DNA of 64,000 bases from Octopus sinensis. Lineage: Eukaryota. Below, piece after piece: positions 11,075-25,880 of the stretch; the first letter of the stretch is position 1, and each line of letters begins with the position of its first letter. Position numbers and translations under genes: made by a program. Location: positions 36,270,001-36,334,000 of the forward strand of contig NC_043004.1 of NCBI RefSeq assembly GCF_006345805.1. The letters are read 5' to 3'. Below the pieces are notes generated by a model. The model was given only the letters and a program-made list of their open reading frames with translations. It ran no database searches and was not told the origin of the DNA.

Positions 11075-14057
11075 CACACACACATGATATATGCTATATG
11101 ATATGCACACGTTTATTTCTCGATGTTCACTTACGTTTTTGCATTACATGTAGCCTAAACCTTAACCAGACGTTGTGCTCGCAACATTGACCAATGAGCG
11201 CGTGGCATTAGTTTCTTATTCGTAACAAGGTCAGTAGCTTTACTAAATCAGATTTTACATCTAGCTAGTTCCTTATTTACTTGGGAAATATGTATCTTTC
11301 CAAAGCTACTCCAATGCGACAGGGCAATTCTATGTTTGTAATTTAAAAGGTTATACGATTTATATTTTTTCTATTCTGAAGTACGGCCAATCAAGAGTAA
11401 TCTTTTTGAACATGAAATGCTGTTACCCGAGGAAGATTGCAGCAAAGAGGCGTTTGTTAGTTGTTCTTGTGTTGTTCTTAGATATACACGCAGCGCACAC
11501 GCACATACTTGATTTTGTGCAACAATTTGTGTATGACAATATATTCTTTTAGTTGTATGTATATGTGCGTTTTTGCATAAATTTTAGAATATGTAAGCTA
11601 TTCAGTTCAAGAAGAAATTGTATTTACAATAGAACATGTTTTTCAACTTTCTTCGCTTCATACAATGGAATGTGGCTTTACAGTAGTATGAAGCAGATCA
11701 ATCTTTCGAAAATAATCTATCGTGATTTTCGAGTCGTTAGAAATACAGAATAATATCTTAGAAAAGTTTTACTGGAGTTGTACCATTATCTCCACTGTCC
11801 AACTCTCTCTCTTATATCTATGTTGAGACGTTATCCACCAGACATTTATTGAATACAAGCGTTTTGTAGAATGATATCTATATCAGAATGACAAGAATGA
11901 CGAAATGGAATCAGACAAATAAAATAAAATATAAAATAAGGAGAGAAGAAGAAAGTATGCATTAAAGAAATTTCTTCATAAATTTATTCCGAACATCTCC
12001 GTTCATATTCAATAACTTTGAGTGTTGCTCTGGCTTTGATGTGGATTTATTTATATGGTGCTTCATGCTGCGCATCTTGTTATCTTTGTCTGTATGTGCT
12101 TAGTTAATAATGTTTTAGATATTCATTTGGGTAGCTTCTATCAATATTTTCTGTCTATCGAGTCACCGAGAGTTGCCATCAAATATATATATTTGATATG
12201 CTAAAGAAAGCATGTGCTGTATACATTTATAATTATCGATTGCTGTCAGTGCGGCGGTAGCAAAGTGGGTGAAATGTTAGATTCTTTGCCCACAGGTCAA
12301 AAGATATATTCTGCCTCAGACGGTTTTGTTCGAAAAATAAGTACGAAAGATGAAGCAAAAGTTTATTGAGTTACAGAGTTCCTAAACAAGTCTGCTTATC
12401 TATTTCGTGCATACAAACATAAACTTTAATCCAGAAGCGATAGAAACTGATGAGATAGTGACAGTCATAATAGTTTCGATGGTCGAAAGGAAATGGCTGC
12501 AACCGGAAATCGAAACCGGATTGTATTTGTTGTTTACAACATGATCGACCCAAATGGATTTATGTGCGGGTCCTTATAAATGGTCAAATTTGCATTAGTG
12601 AAATCAGTAAAACGAAATAATTATAACCACAAATTGAAATACTGCTGCAAGCTATTCTATGACTGGTTGCTGCATCTATAAGAAAAGGAAGGTAGATTTA
12701 TTGGGATGAAGATTGAGATTGCATGCGTGATTATGTCATTGCCAATTATATTAATGACATACTCGGAGCTTAATACCACACCATGGCTCTTGACTAATAG
12801 AATTGGATACTAATGAAGAACAGTTCAGAAGTTTAGACTATGCACTTAATTCACAAGGGTGTCTTCTTTAATATTGCAAAGAATTGAGTGGAAGATGGCG
12901 AATATCGTACAGATGAAGTTATTTATCGTTGAACTGAAATTGTGAATTAATTTGAATTCCATGTTGAATCTACTCCGATTTCGTCGTTAATGCCTCAGCA
13001 AAACGAATGAATGTTACACATTCAATCATCTCGTAAATTACCAATATGAGGCCCTATACTTTGTCAAAAGAGATCAATAATAGATATGAAGAAGTTTCAG
13101 GTGGCTACAAACAGGCTTAGTCATACCGTTAATAAGACATTTAATGATTATCTACCTGTCATGCGATGATTTATCTAGCAGTCTACAACTGAAGACAATT
13201 GTCTTAGGCGAGGCTGAATCTAGGGACATGTGGTGGCAAGGAAAAACGTCAAGAACTAAATTTTCCGGGAATAAACAATATATTCAAATTATATATATAT
13301 ATATATATTATATATATATATATATATAAATAAGATTTCATTGTTATATATGTGATACATAGACTGGAAATTCGCACCCTCCTCAAAAATATATATAAAA
13401 CAACCCAATTAAAAAGTGATTATAGAGTCCCATGGTTTGGGGGGCTTTTTGCATGCTCATCCGTTTAAAATGAGTTATTGTTATTGTTTAGCCTTAGGCG
13501 GGCCATGGTGAAACAGATCAATGACCTAAGACATTCCAAGTGCGACCATCACGTTATCTTTCGGTCAGCATTCACCTGGAAATGTGTTTCTCAAACGTTC
13601 TTCATTTTTTCTAAGACTGTAGTGTGTGATTTGGAGTGAAATTTGACTGTTATTTTTACGAAATAAAGCAATCGCGTAGAGGCTTCTTCAGTAATTTGGG
13701 TTTCCTAAATGACTGGCTTAGAAAGCATACATCACAAAAGTAATGAGTAGCGCAACGGAAGTGTTAAATGCTTCTTTATAAATCCGTAAATGTTTCCAGA
13801 GCGAGAGAGAATGCAGTCAACATGAACCTGCAAGGTGTTCACGGCTGAAGTCAGTCATCTCAAATCGTATCAGGTTTTCACTAACTTTCAACTTCTGATT
13901 CTGTTAAGTCTTTAAGTTTGTCAAATCCCGCGTATGTTTCGAAAGGTTTCTCTGAACAATTCTTCGAAACTGTTTTCTTGTCGCATATTACCGAACGAAA
14001 TGTGTTACATGAGAAATCGATTTCATTACAAAGTTCAATATTAACGTATTGTTGAAA

Positions 14058-14285
14058 ATGACGGAAAATGGGAAGAATGAAGACGTTAAACTTTCGAAGA
14101 TATAAAAATTTACAATGCTGAATATTGATGAATTTCTTGTCGAAAATGAAAAAAGAACAAGAACCACAAAAAAAAGTCCAACATTAGAATTTTTATAAAA
14201 GAAAATTGAAATGTTAAATATCAATGAATTCTTGTCCAAGAATTCGAGTTACAGCTTTGAAAAAGATTCAAATTTTACTTGATTC
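14058..14285 (+). pseudogene. Possible Crypton-type (tyrosine recombinase transposon) N-terminal remnant
   Basis: With one frameshift it reads KFTMLNIDEFLVENE-KNKNHKKKSNIRIF..IEMLNINEFLSK. This resembles the DEFIxEQENKNTKKKTxSDxxxF..ELNxxLSKF start of Crypton/DUF3504 proteins. Confidence 0.35.
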
Positions 14286-14747
14286 GAAAATGTATCGACA
14301 AAGTAAGTAAAAAGAAATACTGTGAACCAGGAATCGATAGTATTTAATAAGACGGCTGGTATTAGATTCATAGATTCATGCAACTAGCGATATGCATATA
14401 TACATAGTTGCAAAAGTAGCATATTAGAAACTGCAGGCTTTCTCGTAATTCCCAGCATTATTTATGTATCAAATTACTCCACAGAGTTTGTTTGACAGAG
14501 TTCCTGCTTCTTTTTATGTATAGAACGATAAACCGCATGAGAAAACGTTACGCAAGTTTAAACAATATGATATGAATTCTTCTATACATCGGAGTAATTG
14601 CCACTCAGACACCAGCATTATTAATGAGTTGAATTATTATTATACTAAATAATCATACTACGTCTAGAAACCTTTGTGACATGTCGCAATATATATCGTT
14701 TTAAGTAAACGTGATGGAGACAGAAAGACAAAAAGAGGGAGAGTTAA

Positions 14748-14809
<62 letters not shown>

Positions 14810-15824
14810 CAAGGGGAGAGGGGAAAATGGGAAATGACAAATTCTCCCTCCGCAACATGGTATCAAGTTTGGTTTAGGATCGTCTACTGTTAACAGAATG
14901 ACCGGTTCTGAGACGTGTCTCTTGCAAGAGATCTACAACATATTTTCCACAGTTGAGTGAACTGAAACTAAATTAAAGATCATAATCCCATATTGCCTTA
15001 CATGTTACTCCTATAATTTAAACTGTCCACTGAATGTATCTGTATATGCGTGCATGTATGTCTGTGTGGGTGCTTGTGTGAGTGTATGTGTTAGTATTTG
15101 TGTGTGTCTCCCTATCGATATAACCTCAGGCTGCCGTTCAAGCATTTCTGATTCGTATTGTGTCAATAACATTATGTTGTGTTTAAGCTGAGACACTTCA
15201 AAACTCAACCCGACTCAATAGAATTCGATTCAAATTATGGACATCATGTCCATATAGTGTGTTCTCGCAACTGACTTACTCCATTCCGCATACAAACTGT
15301 ACTTTCATTCTATCAAAAACTACATTCTAGTACTGCTTAATTAACGAGTATTCCTTTATTTTACAATTAACGAGCACTGTTTAATTAACGAGTATTCCTT
15401 TTTTTACAGTAGCTTTTTCTTATGAACTTTATTTATGATAGAAGTATCTCTGTCCGGTTTTGATCTTAGCCAGTTCTATCTTATCCGGTAGTGCTGTATT
15501 GAGAGAGAATTAGAGTTTTATGAGTGAAATCCTTTAACAATTCACCAGCAGCCAAAATATCGACTGGTTTATCCAATATTATATCGATTCAGCATACTTC
15601 TAAAACATTCCACATGGAACTTAATGGGTTATGTAACATCTTGTAGATGTTGAATCTCCATGCAGCGGGAGAGAGATAATCACTGCACGTTTTCCGACTT
15701 ATTGGCTACAACCGTATATTGCAGATAAGTGATACGGCCCAATGGAGAAGCGAATCTACATTGCAAATTCTACTGGCTCATATGAGCTTTCCATCAATCG
15801 GCAACTCTCGTATGAAATCCTACT

Positions 15825-15825
<1 letters not shown>

Positions 15826-15869
<44 letters not shown>

Positions 15870-15982
15870 TAGTAGTAGTAGTAGTAGTAGTAGTAGTTAT
15901 AGTAGTAGTAGTAGTAGTAGTAGTAGCAGTAGCAGCAGCAGCAGCAGTAGTAGCAGTAGTAGTAGTAGTAGTAGTAGTAGTA
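15826..15982. repeat. Compound (CAG)n/(TAG)n microsatellite
   Basis: Directly visible. Confidence 0.95.
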
Positions 15983-16585
15983 GATTTTACGCCTTAGAAA
16001 TTTTTGAGTAGTTAATTTTCCTTCCTATGAGGCAGAGGAAAATTAATTAGGAAAATCGGAAGAGGTCCCGATTTTATGAAGAAGTGTTCGATTTTGCGGC
16101 TCACCCTTATAAATATTTGTATCATTCTAAATAACGGTTAAACCAGTATCTTTTCAAGAGAAATATTTTCCTTCCATTCGTTCAACTCTAAAGAAAAATG
16201 ATTTGAGCATAAGATTCATACAACCTTGCAATTAGAAAAAGGATTAGCTTGTTTTCCAAATTCGATGAAATACTTTATTAGGAAATTTATAGGGAAAAAA
16301 AAACAAAACAATTTCTGATGGATTTCCTATATATCGGGATTTTGTCTTTGAAAGATTGCAATTTTCTGTAAGGCATAATTTTTGGCATCAGAAGTCTCTT
16401 GGTGAATTTCTCCCCTGCCTTTCATTTTCCAATTATCTTTTACCTACGCATTTATCTTAATATTTTATTTCATTTTTTATTCCTGAATTATTTTTCATCC
16501 TTCTTATTATTCTCTTTCGCATATCTCTATTTCGTCTTTATACGATTTCCTTTCAGCATTTTAGCTGATTACTGAACAACAACTT

Positions 16586-16706
<121 letters not shown>

Positions 16707-18085
16707 CACGACAATCAATGTAATATGCTTGTTTAAGTGAGTGGGTCGTTATTTTCTCTTCTTGTTAAGTTTGTTTTTAACGAGAGCTACATAAAAATAA
16801 AATACATAAACACCCAAAAATAACCCTAGGATAAAAAATACAACTATTTAATACCGACTGGAATAAAATGAACTGAATTACTCTGGTGTTTCATTTGTTT
16901 CCTTCATTGCTGTCAAATATCCCGGCATTCTCCTCTTGAAACGCACTCTATGTCTGCTTAATCCAGTATCCAGTGAAAGTTTATCCAACTAGAATTACAA
17001 AATACACAACTCCTAGCCTCCCACTTCATTGCCAATAGATTGACTTAGAAATAGCTTCTTGTTTATTCATCGAAATTTTCATTCGGTCATCATAACTGCT
17101 TCTTCTTATTCCTGATTTAAATGCATGAGAAGGACATTCCAATTTACTTAAACAGAAATGATTTAAAGAGAGACCAACAAAAAGAAAAAAAGAAAAGAAA
17201 AGAAAAACTCTAATAACTCTCATAAAAAAATACGTTTGACTGAACGACATTTGATTCGATGCATTCTTATGATTAACTTCTTACTGCAAAATACCGATGT
17301 ACGATTTAAAAGTTTAATTCATCTGCGACAGTATCTTCTACTGGGATTTAAATGTATTCTGCAGCTTAATGCAACAATGAGAAGATATTCTTTTTATATT
17401 TGCTTTGTAAATCAATCAAATGATGCTCATGAGAAATTGTACAAGTATTCAGTTAATCTTCTATGAATCTTACTAAAATTGCATACGTTCACTATGGCGG
17501 CTTATAAATACTGATTATCAGTTAGGGAGGTTACTTCATCATTCCGACTTCTAACGGTGGATTGATGTATATATGCCACTCGTCTTTCTCATAAACATAT
17601 TTATCTGTGTATAATAGTGATGTTTAGTCAGGAAATATGATAGACTATTTCTAACCTAACAAGATATTCTCAGTTCCCGAACGAACAGAAATTGATATTC
17701 TGCCGCTGATATGCTTACATTAACACAATACTTGAAATTACAATGGCGACTTCTACATTAATTCGTACCTCCACAACTATCTTCACCAGCGCTAGTTCTG
17801 AGATTATGCTATAGCTAAAAAGCCAGTGAGTATGCATGATGATAAGCAGTGAGTACATGTAATAGTATGAATACATACAAGTACTATTAATTTTTTAAAA
17901 TTCGCTTTTTTGCCCATTTTCATAGGTTAATTAGAGTCTATATAATAAATGGTTCAACATTTATGGAGTAATTTTCATCTGTCGAGTTCGTTGCCAAGCA
18001 AATCAAGAAGTTTCCATGATACAACTGGAAATTTATTGGGAAAACAAATACTTAAAAGTATCACATTGGTTTCAAATCTTGACAC

Positions 18086-18252
18086 AAGATGTCATCGACC
18101 CCAGTGCTCAACTGGTACTTCTTTTATCGACCACAAAAGGATGGAAAGTAAACTCAACCTTGGCGGAATTTGAACTTAGGACGTAAAGACGGATGAAATG
18201 CCGCTAAGCATTTTGCCTGGCACGCTAACGATTCTGACAGCTCGCCACCTTC
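18086..18252 (-). mobile_element. SINE family A copy
   Basis: CATCGACCCCAGTG..ACTGGTACTT..GGCGGAATTTGAACT..GAAATGCCGCTAAGCATTTTGCC..CTCGCCACC. Confidence 0.85.
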
Positions 18253-19819
18253 AAATATCCTAATAAAAACAAAATATCTCTTTCCGAAATAGACCGCAAA
18301 AACTCCTATGATTTGCGATTTCACGAGCCTTTGTGGGATATTATCATTAGCCTTGTCTGGTGGAACAATGAAGTTTTATGGCTCTTTCCTCAATTGTAAA
18401 CAAGCTGAAATGACAGTCCAAGAGTTATGGTTATGTAGTATTTCTTCTCAAATACTTCCAAGATTGATTCTTGAAAGGCCGAATAGTTTTCATAAATATA
18501 TATTTAAGGAACATCAGAAAAATGTTAACGAAATGCAGAATGGAAAAGTCTTTTGGAGATAAAGAAGTTACTTCTTTTATTGCTGATCGAAAAGGCAATA
18601 GAAGGATGAATTTAATCTGCTTTGAAACAGGAAAAGGAACCAGAATACAAGGTTGATACAACGGAAGTTACAAGTTACTCTTCAACTCACTTGATAATGA
18701 ATAATATATTTTTTTAATTTACCTAATTTATTATATTGAAATATAATTTATTCATAAACACACATACACACATATTTATATACGCATATGTATGTACGTG
18801 TGCATGTCTGCGTGTGTGTGTGTGCGTGTGTGTGTGTTTATACTTGGGTACCGCTGGAAGGTTTTTCCCTCTTCATTCAACGTAGAGATGTCGCCGCATG
18901 TTTCAGAAAGTTCTGATTTTGCCCTGTATTTTATCTATTGGACTTACTGTCTTCAATCCAAACCGAACCTGTTTAGACTGATGGTGGTGTGTTAAACACA
19001 TTAACCCCAAAACATAAGCAAATATACATCCTCCCACATATAGAGATACACATATGCACACACAGGTATGCACACACGTACACAGATACATATACACACA
19101 ACGGGATTCTGATCAATTTCCTTCGAAACACTTTTTCACAAGATATTGGGTGATTCTAGGAAACGGTAAAGAATTCTTTCTCAAATTGGTGGGAAATAGG
19201 ACTGAATCTGGAATAACATGGTTGCCAAATCAACTTCATTACAACATGGCCATGACTGCGTCTATGTTATGCGTTTATGGAAGTGTGTGTGTCTCAGTGT
19301 GTATATGTGTGGTTCTCCCTGTGTATCTGAATGTACGTGTGTATGCGCGCGTGTGCGCGCCTTTATTTAATTATATTAGAAGTTCGTTAGTTCAAGATAA
19401 CTATCATACTACGTGTGAATCTTTATTTTAAACACGTCTTAATCAGTAAAATATATTCCAATTAAACTCAATCAGGTTAAAGAAGAGACAGAAGAAAAGA
19501 AGGGAATAAAGGAAGAAAGGAAAAAAAAGGAAGATAAGTTCACAGATGAAGACCAAACGAGGAAAGATGTTATCGTTGAATAAGAATTTTGACAAATGAC
19601 AATTCCGCAGCGAGATTAGAAACTAAATGTATTTAACCTTAGAAAGTTGATAGATTTCACGTTTCAAGTGTGGTCTCCTAAATTCATTTTGCTTCTGTCA
19701 TTTTTTTGTTTTGTTTTTTGTTTTACTGATAACGAATCTTAGCATTGCCAATGACATTAACACAGTTCTTATGAACACATGTTGCTGCTGCAGTGACTCT
19801 CTCTTGGTACACCTTGAAC

Positions 19820-20005
19820 ATATATATATATATATTTGTATATGTATATACATATATGTATATATACATATTTGTAGATGTATATATCATATATATATAT
19901 ATATATATGTATATGTATATGTATATATATATGTATGTATATATATATGTATATATATATATGTATGTATATATATATGTATATATATATATATATGTAT
20001 GTATA

Positions 20006-20037
<32 letters not shown>

Positions 20038-20073
20038 CATATATATACATATATATACATATATACATATATA

Positions 20074-20125
<52 letters not shown>

Positions 20126-20254
20126 GTATGTATAGAGAGATAGATAGCTGTGTATGTATTTATGCATACTATCTGTCTTTCTCTCTCACACACAGATTCA
20201 AACGCGCTCGTGCGCACATACATGTACGCACACTCACACACCACACATATACAT

Positions 20255-20314
<60 letters not shown>

Positions 20315-20315
20315 C
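19820..20315. repeat. Long (AT)n/(ATGT)n/(AC)n low-complexity tract
   Basis: Directly visible; source of the spurious Y/I-rich ORFs. Confidence 0.95.
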
Positions 20316-22651
20316 GCTGGTTTTCCAGCAACGACTGCTACCAGTGACGTCGTAGAAGATACCAGAATGAAAACAAAACAATGTCGGATTCGACCCCTTG
20401 ATTTGTTGTCGATTAAACTCCAATGCTTAACTTGCAACTGTATTGTCATTCTTATCAAATCGGAAGGGTGACAAATAACATTTCCACTATATAGGCGTTA
20501 ATATTCGTATATAGCTACTATCTCGACCTTGTTGGAACTCTTCAGTACGGAATAACTAATACTCTAGGAATGTCTTACTGTCTGGTTTAGAAAGATCTAA
20601 ATAAACTAAACAGAAGAGCCTATATTATTGAATTTTACCACAAGTGCCACGAGTCTAGAAGATATCTGGATATTTTGTACTACGAATCTGGGTTCTGAAA
20701 CTGTAATGTTCCAGAATATCAGTACAAATCAGGAGAATTTCTAATACTAAAAAATGTCTTTGGGAAATCCAAAACCACTTTAAATGATTGACTTTGACAA
20801 TTATTTTCAACAAAAATATTCCCCGGTCAACATGCATGTGAATTATAGCGGTCACATAAAAGGCAATGGATTTATGTTCAGTTGACAGATGTAGAACACG
20901 AAAGGTAACACACGTAAACTGGAACGAAAGTCACGTAGATAAGGTGTAAGTACAATTAAGAAGAGAGTAACATGAAAAAATCCAAGAAATGAACCCCATT
21001 AAAAACAATGGAATTTGTTTGGGAGGAAAAGGTTACATCCATATGACTGTTATTTATTATTATGTAACTGCACAAAATTACAAAGACAAAAGGACTCACT
21101 GATGATCAAGCATCACAGAATCTACAACATCACCGAGTTGCTCAGCTACAGAGAGGGATTTTCAGAGCAGAGCAAAACAAACGAAGATAACGCAATAAAT
21201 TCAGGTCCAGTGAAAATGGCCATTATTAATCATATTCCAGCTTATTCAGCCACTCGTGTCACAAAATCCGTAAAACGTATACATAAGAAACAGAAATCCG
21301 AAGCTGATCGAGTCACATCAAGAAAGAAGGTTAACTGCTAAACAAAGAAATTTACTCGTTCTCAGGCGTCGTTCCTTTTGGTTTTCCACCAATACCGAAC
21401 GCATTAAAGCTTTTCACTGTTATCTTACATAATTAGAAGAATCTGCAGAACCTGTACGTTCATTAAAGTCTTTGACCTCACATCAACTTTTGGCAACGTG
21501 GCACAATGGATAGCTCTGTTACTCTAAAACTGTCAAGAAAACTATCTTAATGTAAGATTAATCTAATTCACTCTCTTTAAGGTCACTCAAATGATTCATT
21601 ACTCATTATGCATCAATCTCACACCACTCCACTAAGCGTTTGCTCTGATTCTACCTCTGTTTTCTATGAAAGCATTGCACAAATGGCCTCATTTGTACCA
21701 ATAAAACCAGCAAATGAAAATGGCCTTGCAGTCACTTGAAGAGGAATCTTTGTGGTATGAAACCCTATGCAAATGTCGGAATGTAGCATATGAAGCAAAA
21801 TAAGCTTTATACATGGCAGTTCAGTGCCTCACACTTCTTTATCTGGTTTGTAAAACCCGCCGAGAGTTACTTCAGATTCATAATAGATTGAGCAAATACG
21901 TTTCTTCCAAACCAGATCAATCTCAAATCGCTGTCATTTCAATTCACTGTCCATTTATACCTACCTCTATGGACTTCAGAATAAAGTATCAGATCAGATG
22001 GCTGCGAATTAACGGGATATATTTATCCTTAAGGTGGACAGAAATTAATGTAAAGTCGGAGCTGAAAGAATCGTACATTTTTGAATGGTAACCAAAACAA
22101 CTTAAGAAAATAATCAAGCAACAACGAAGATGTAATATTGAGTTTAAATTGTAACTTTGTGATTGTAATTAAATACAATGAACACACGCAACATCTGGGA
22201 ATAATAGATACGTAAGAAGGTCATGTTGATTGAGGTCGTAAGAAAAGAAAAAAAAAAAAGATATTACAAATTAGACAGATCAAGTATTGGTAAAATCTCG
22301 ATTCGCCAGAGATCAGGTTAAATCCCAAAACTTCATCGTGTGAAGAAATAAATAGACAGATGACTGTCAGTTGCTGCATTATCCGCTTTGTGAGAGCAGA
22401 ATAAGAAAATAATACGTGAACACATACAATTACTTACAACAGCTTTAATTATCACCCTATGCATTTAAAGTACCGCAATTATGTGGCAAGACTTTATAAT
22501 AATAGATAATAAAAGCGAAAATGTCTACTGTTAGATAGAATTCGTGTCGGTGTTAATTATATACAAGTTTCAATATTAAAACAAAGATTTAGTATAGTTT
22601 AAAAACAACTGGTGGTTGTGTGCGAGCGTTTGTCCACGTGTGTATGCATAC

Positions 22652-22732
<81 letters not shown>

Positions 22733-23006
22733 CAATATCTATTCATTTATATATGTGTGTTTGTGTGTGTGTATATATATAATGTTTGTGATAATGATAT
22801 TACTTAGTGTTAACGCATTAAGGATAATATTACTTTGTGCAGAGTTTAGAAAAAGGGCTCGGCAAAAGAGAGGTGTCTAATTTCATCAGAATATAACAAT
22901 GAAGAGTATGAAAATGCCTCAACCGAAAAACATATGGATAGTAAATCAATGTGTTTATATAAGTATGTATAAATGTGTACGTGTGTATAAATAATTATAG
23001 CCACAT

Positions 23007-23069
<63 letters not shown>

Positions 23070-23320
23070 GGTGTGTGTGTGTATTTATGTATATATGTAT
23101 ATATATGAGTAGTGGCGAAATTAAAAGATATTAAAATCATATTTCTGAGCTTAATCTCATCAGGGAGAGAATGAATATAACGATAGAAAATATTTGTTAG
23201 CTGTTTAAATGATTACAGCAGTTTTAATTTGACTGTGTTTAATTGAAACAGTTGTAAGAGATAATGATCGATTTTTGTTGATAATAAGCTTTTAACTTCA
23301 ATCTCTCCATTTTATTCTTC

Positions 23321-23427
<107 letters not shown>

Positions 23428-23448
23428 TATATATATGTATGTATGTAT

Positions 23449-23481
<33 letters not shown>

Positions 23482-23989
23482 TATATATATATATATATAT
23501 ATATATATTAATGTATGTATGTATTCAGCTGTCACCCTTGTTTTCTTCCTCTTCAATACCATCCCCTTCACTGGAATCAATTCTACTTCTTTCTATATAG
23601 TCGACCAAATGCCTTGTAGTATTTGACCAAGGTCTCAGCACCTAAGTTCAAATCCTGCCATGTCTTACTTGAATACTAGATTTAACACGCGTACACATGC
23701 ACACTACTGTTCGTGATTATTCACTATACACACCCATCCATACATATACTATGTACACACAGACTCAATAAAACTAACACACACACACACATACATGAAA
23801 ATAGTTTAATATACATAGCATATACAGAGGTATTCATATTAGCAGAGCATTTGACCTCTATGACGGTCAAATGCCCCAAACAACGACATCCAGCTTGTTA
23901 TGTGTCTACTTGCTTGACGTTTTGATGGCAATGTTCCAGCAATATTCCCTATGTTATTGTATGTATTGAATAACATGAAGCCTCTCTAT

Positions 23990-24342
23990 CCTAAGTTTTT
24001 TTCTCGGATGGCTTTGAATATTGATGTAGCGACAACGACAGAGTTGAGAGGTCGTACCTTGATATCTTTGAGCAGCTACTGCTGATAGTGTAATGTATGT
24101 ATGTCACACTTTTCAATGCAGTTATGCCAGAAGGTCTACAAATGTAACGGATGCCTCAAAAGACATTTTAAGATCCACAAAGATCAGAACTTAACTGCAG
24201 CTTTGGTGGTCCAAATCGGATGTGCAATCTATGTGGGGGACTTTTCAAAACATTGTCTGGTTTAAAAAGCTACATCAGGTTCTAAGGTGTAGTAGGTACA
24301 GGAGGTGGTCAAACTCAGCATAAGGAGTAGACAACCACCATA
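23990..24342 (+). mobile_element. RTE-clade LINE 3' end remnant
   Basis: Reads CNLCGGLFKTLSGLKSYIRF (the decayed C2H2 finger typical of RTE C-termini), followed by a short 3' UTR. Confidence 0.5.
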
Positions 24343-24456
24343 TATGTATGTCTCTTCTATTTTTTTAATTATTATAAATCTTCCACTGAGGAAGGAGCCG
24401 GTTTCTAATAAAGATACAAGGCTACATCTTTGGGATGTAGTTAACACAGACAAATT

Positions 24457-25880
24457 CATATTTGGAACTTGAGAAAAGTCTTGGATATTTTTACTGTTCC
24501 ACTCACAGATTGCACTTGTAATGTACGCATCAGCCGGTCAATTTCTCATTCTGAAAATCCCAGTTTATCCAGATTCTCCTTTAAGCATTTACTAACAAAA
24601 CCTAGTGCTCCAATTATTATTGGTATGAATATGAATTCATAGTCTGGATATAGAAACTAGAGGTTTCGAAGCAGTTGTCCATAAATATCCACTTTTTTTA
24701 TTTGAGTTTCAAAGAGATATTTATATCTGCAGGGCAGCTAACCTTGGTGATGGTACATACCTTTGCCCCTCTGCTCCTGACAATATCCGGCCTGTTATGC
24801 TTACATTTGACAGAAGTTTTGATGGGAATATTTCACCAGCATTCCTTAAGTTGCTGTTTATGAATGTATTCCATAACAGAGGAATTTTCTAAGTTTATTT
24901 CAGGGCAGTCTTTTTTTTCGGATGGCATTGTAAATTGTTTTAGCAACAGCATCGTGCCTCATAGGGAGGTATTACCGTGATGATATTTTAGGACAGCTGC
25001 TAATTACATGCGTAATGTCTTCCACAGAAACATGACATAGCCTACACATGCGGTTGCACCTTGGGATTACAATAGCGTCACTGTCTCTCTTCTTCACCAG
25101 GTACTTTATAGAAATATGTTCCTGGATTGCAAACGCATAGCCTTCAAAGTGTGATGTGATGTAGTGGTCGTCTGTCCAAGAGAGGCTGTGCTTCGTGTCA
25201 ATTCTACTGTCTTCTTCAAGCTTCCGGGCAACATACCCATGCATGGTCTTATTTGCTTTTGCACACTGAGTGATTTCCATCCAGGTCTTCTCTGAAGTAA
25301 GAGAGCCCAGCTGTTTTGGAGCTGTATAGGAGATCATCAGAAAGAGGATGTTTCTTGAGGAGTTCACTGCCAACTCATACAATGTTGCTCACTTCACTTT
25401 TCAGGACTGCATTAATTTATTTATATTTGCTGTTGTTGTCTAGCAAGTGCTGTCTGAGTGATACCATACGGCAATCGAAGGCCGTTTGCACTGCTCTCTT
25501 CTACATTTCTTCTTAGGCAGAGCCTGTCAACATCACTGTTGCCAGGTTTTTGCGGGTTTTGATATCTATGGAGTGGTTTTCCTCTACGGACCAATCAAAT
25601 ATCCCAAATGTGGGAATAGCACTGGTACTGCAAATGTATTGTGAGGCATTGTTTTGTTGTAAGAAGGGAGTTCCAACTGCTATTTTCCTAAGTCTGGTGT
25701 AATATTCTCAGGTCACTCTATCTTTATTCTTAATGCCTTCATATGATACATTTTCGTCTATGCCTAGGTACTTGTAACATTCTTTGTGTGGAATGGGGGA
25801 GATAGAGAGACCATTGATGCACAGGGTTTGGATGGCCTTTGACTTTAATAAGGTCATCCGCCCTGATACCTTTTATTTAG
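24457..25880 (-). mobile_element. 5'-truncated non-LTR retrotransposon with restriction-like endonuclease (R4/Dong-type), decayed
   Basis: Minus strand reads YKYLGIDEN..NKDRVT.EYYTRLRK, then EGYAFAIQE..CRLCHVSVEDITHVISSC..RHDAV (CCHC knuckle), then HNRPDIV..KVSCP..IPIIIGALG (RLE). Confidence 0.9.

Noticed and set aside
21340-22100. Coding remnant (ORFs 21015-21341 and 21813-22091)
   Set aside because: No recognisable motifs or splice context.
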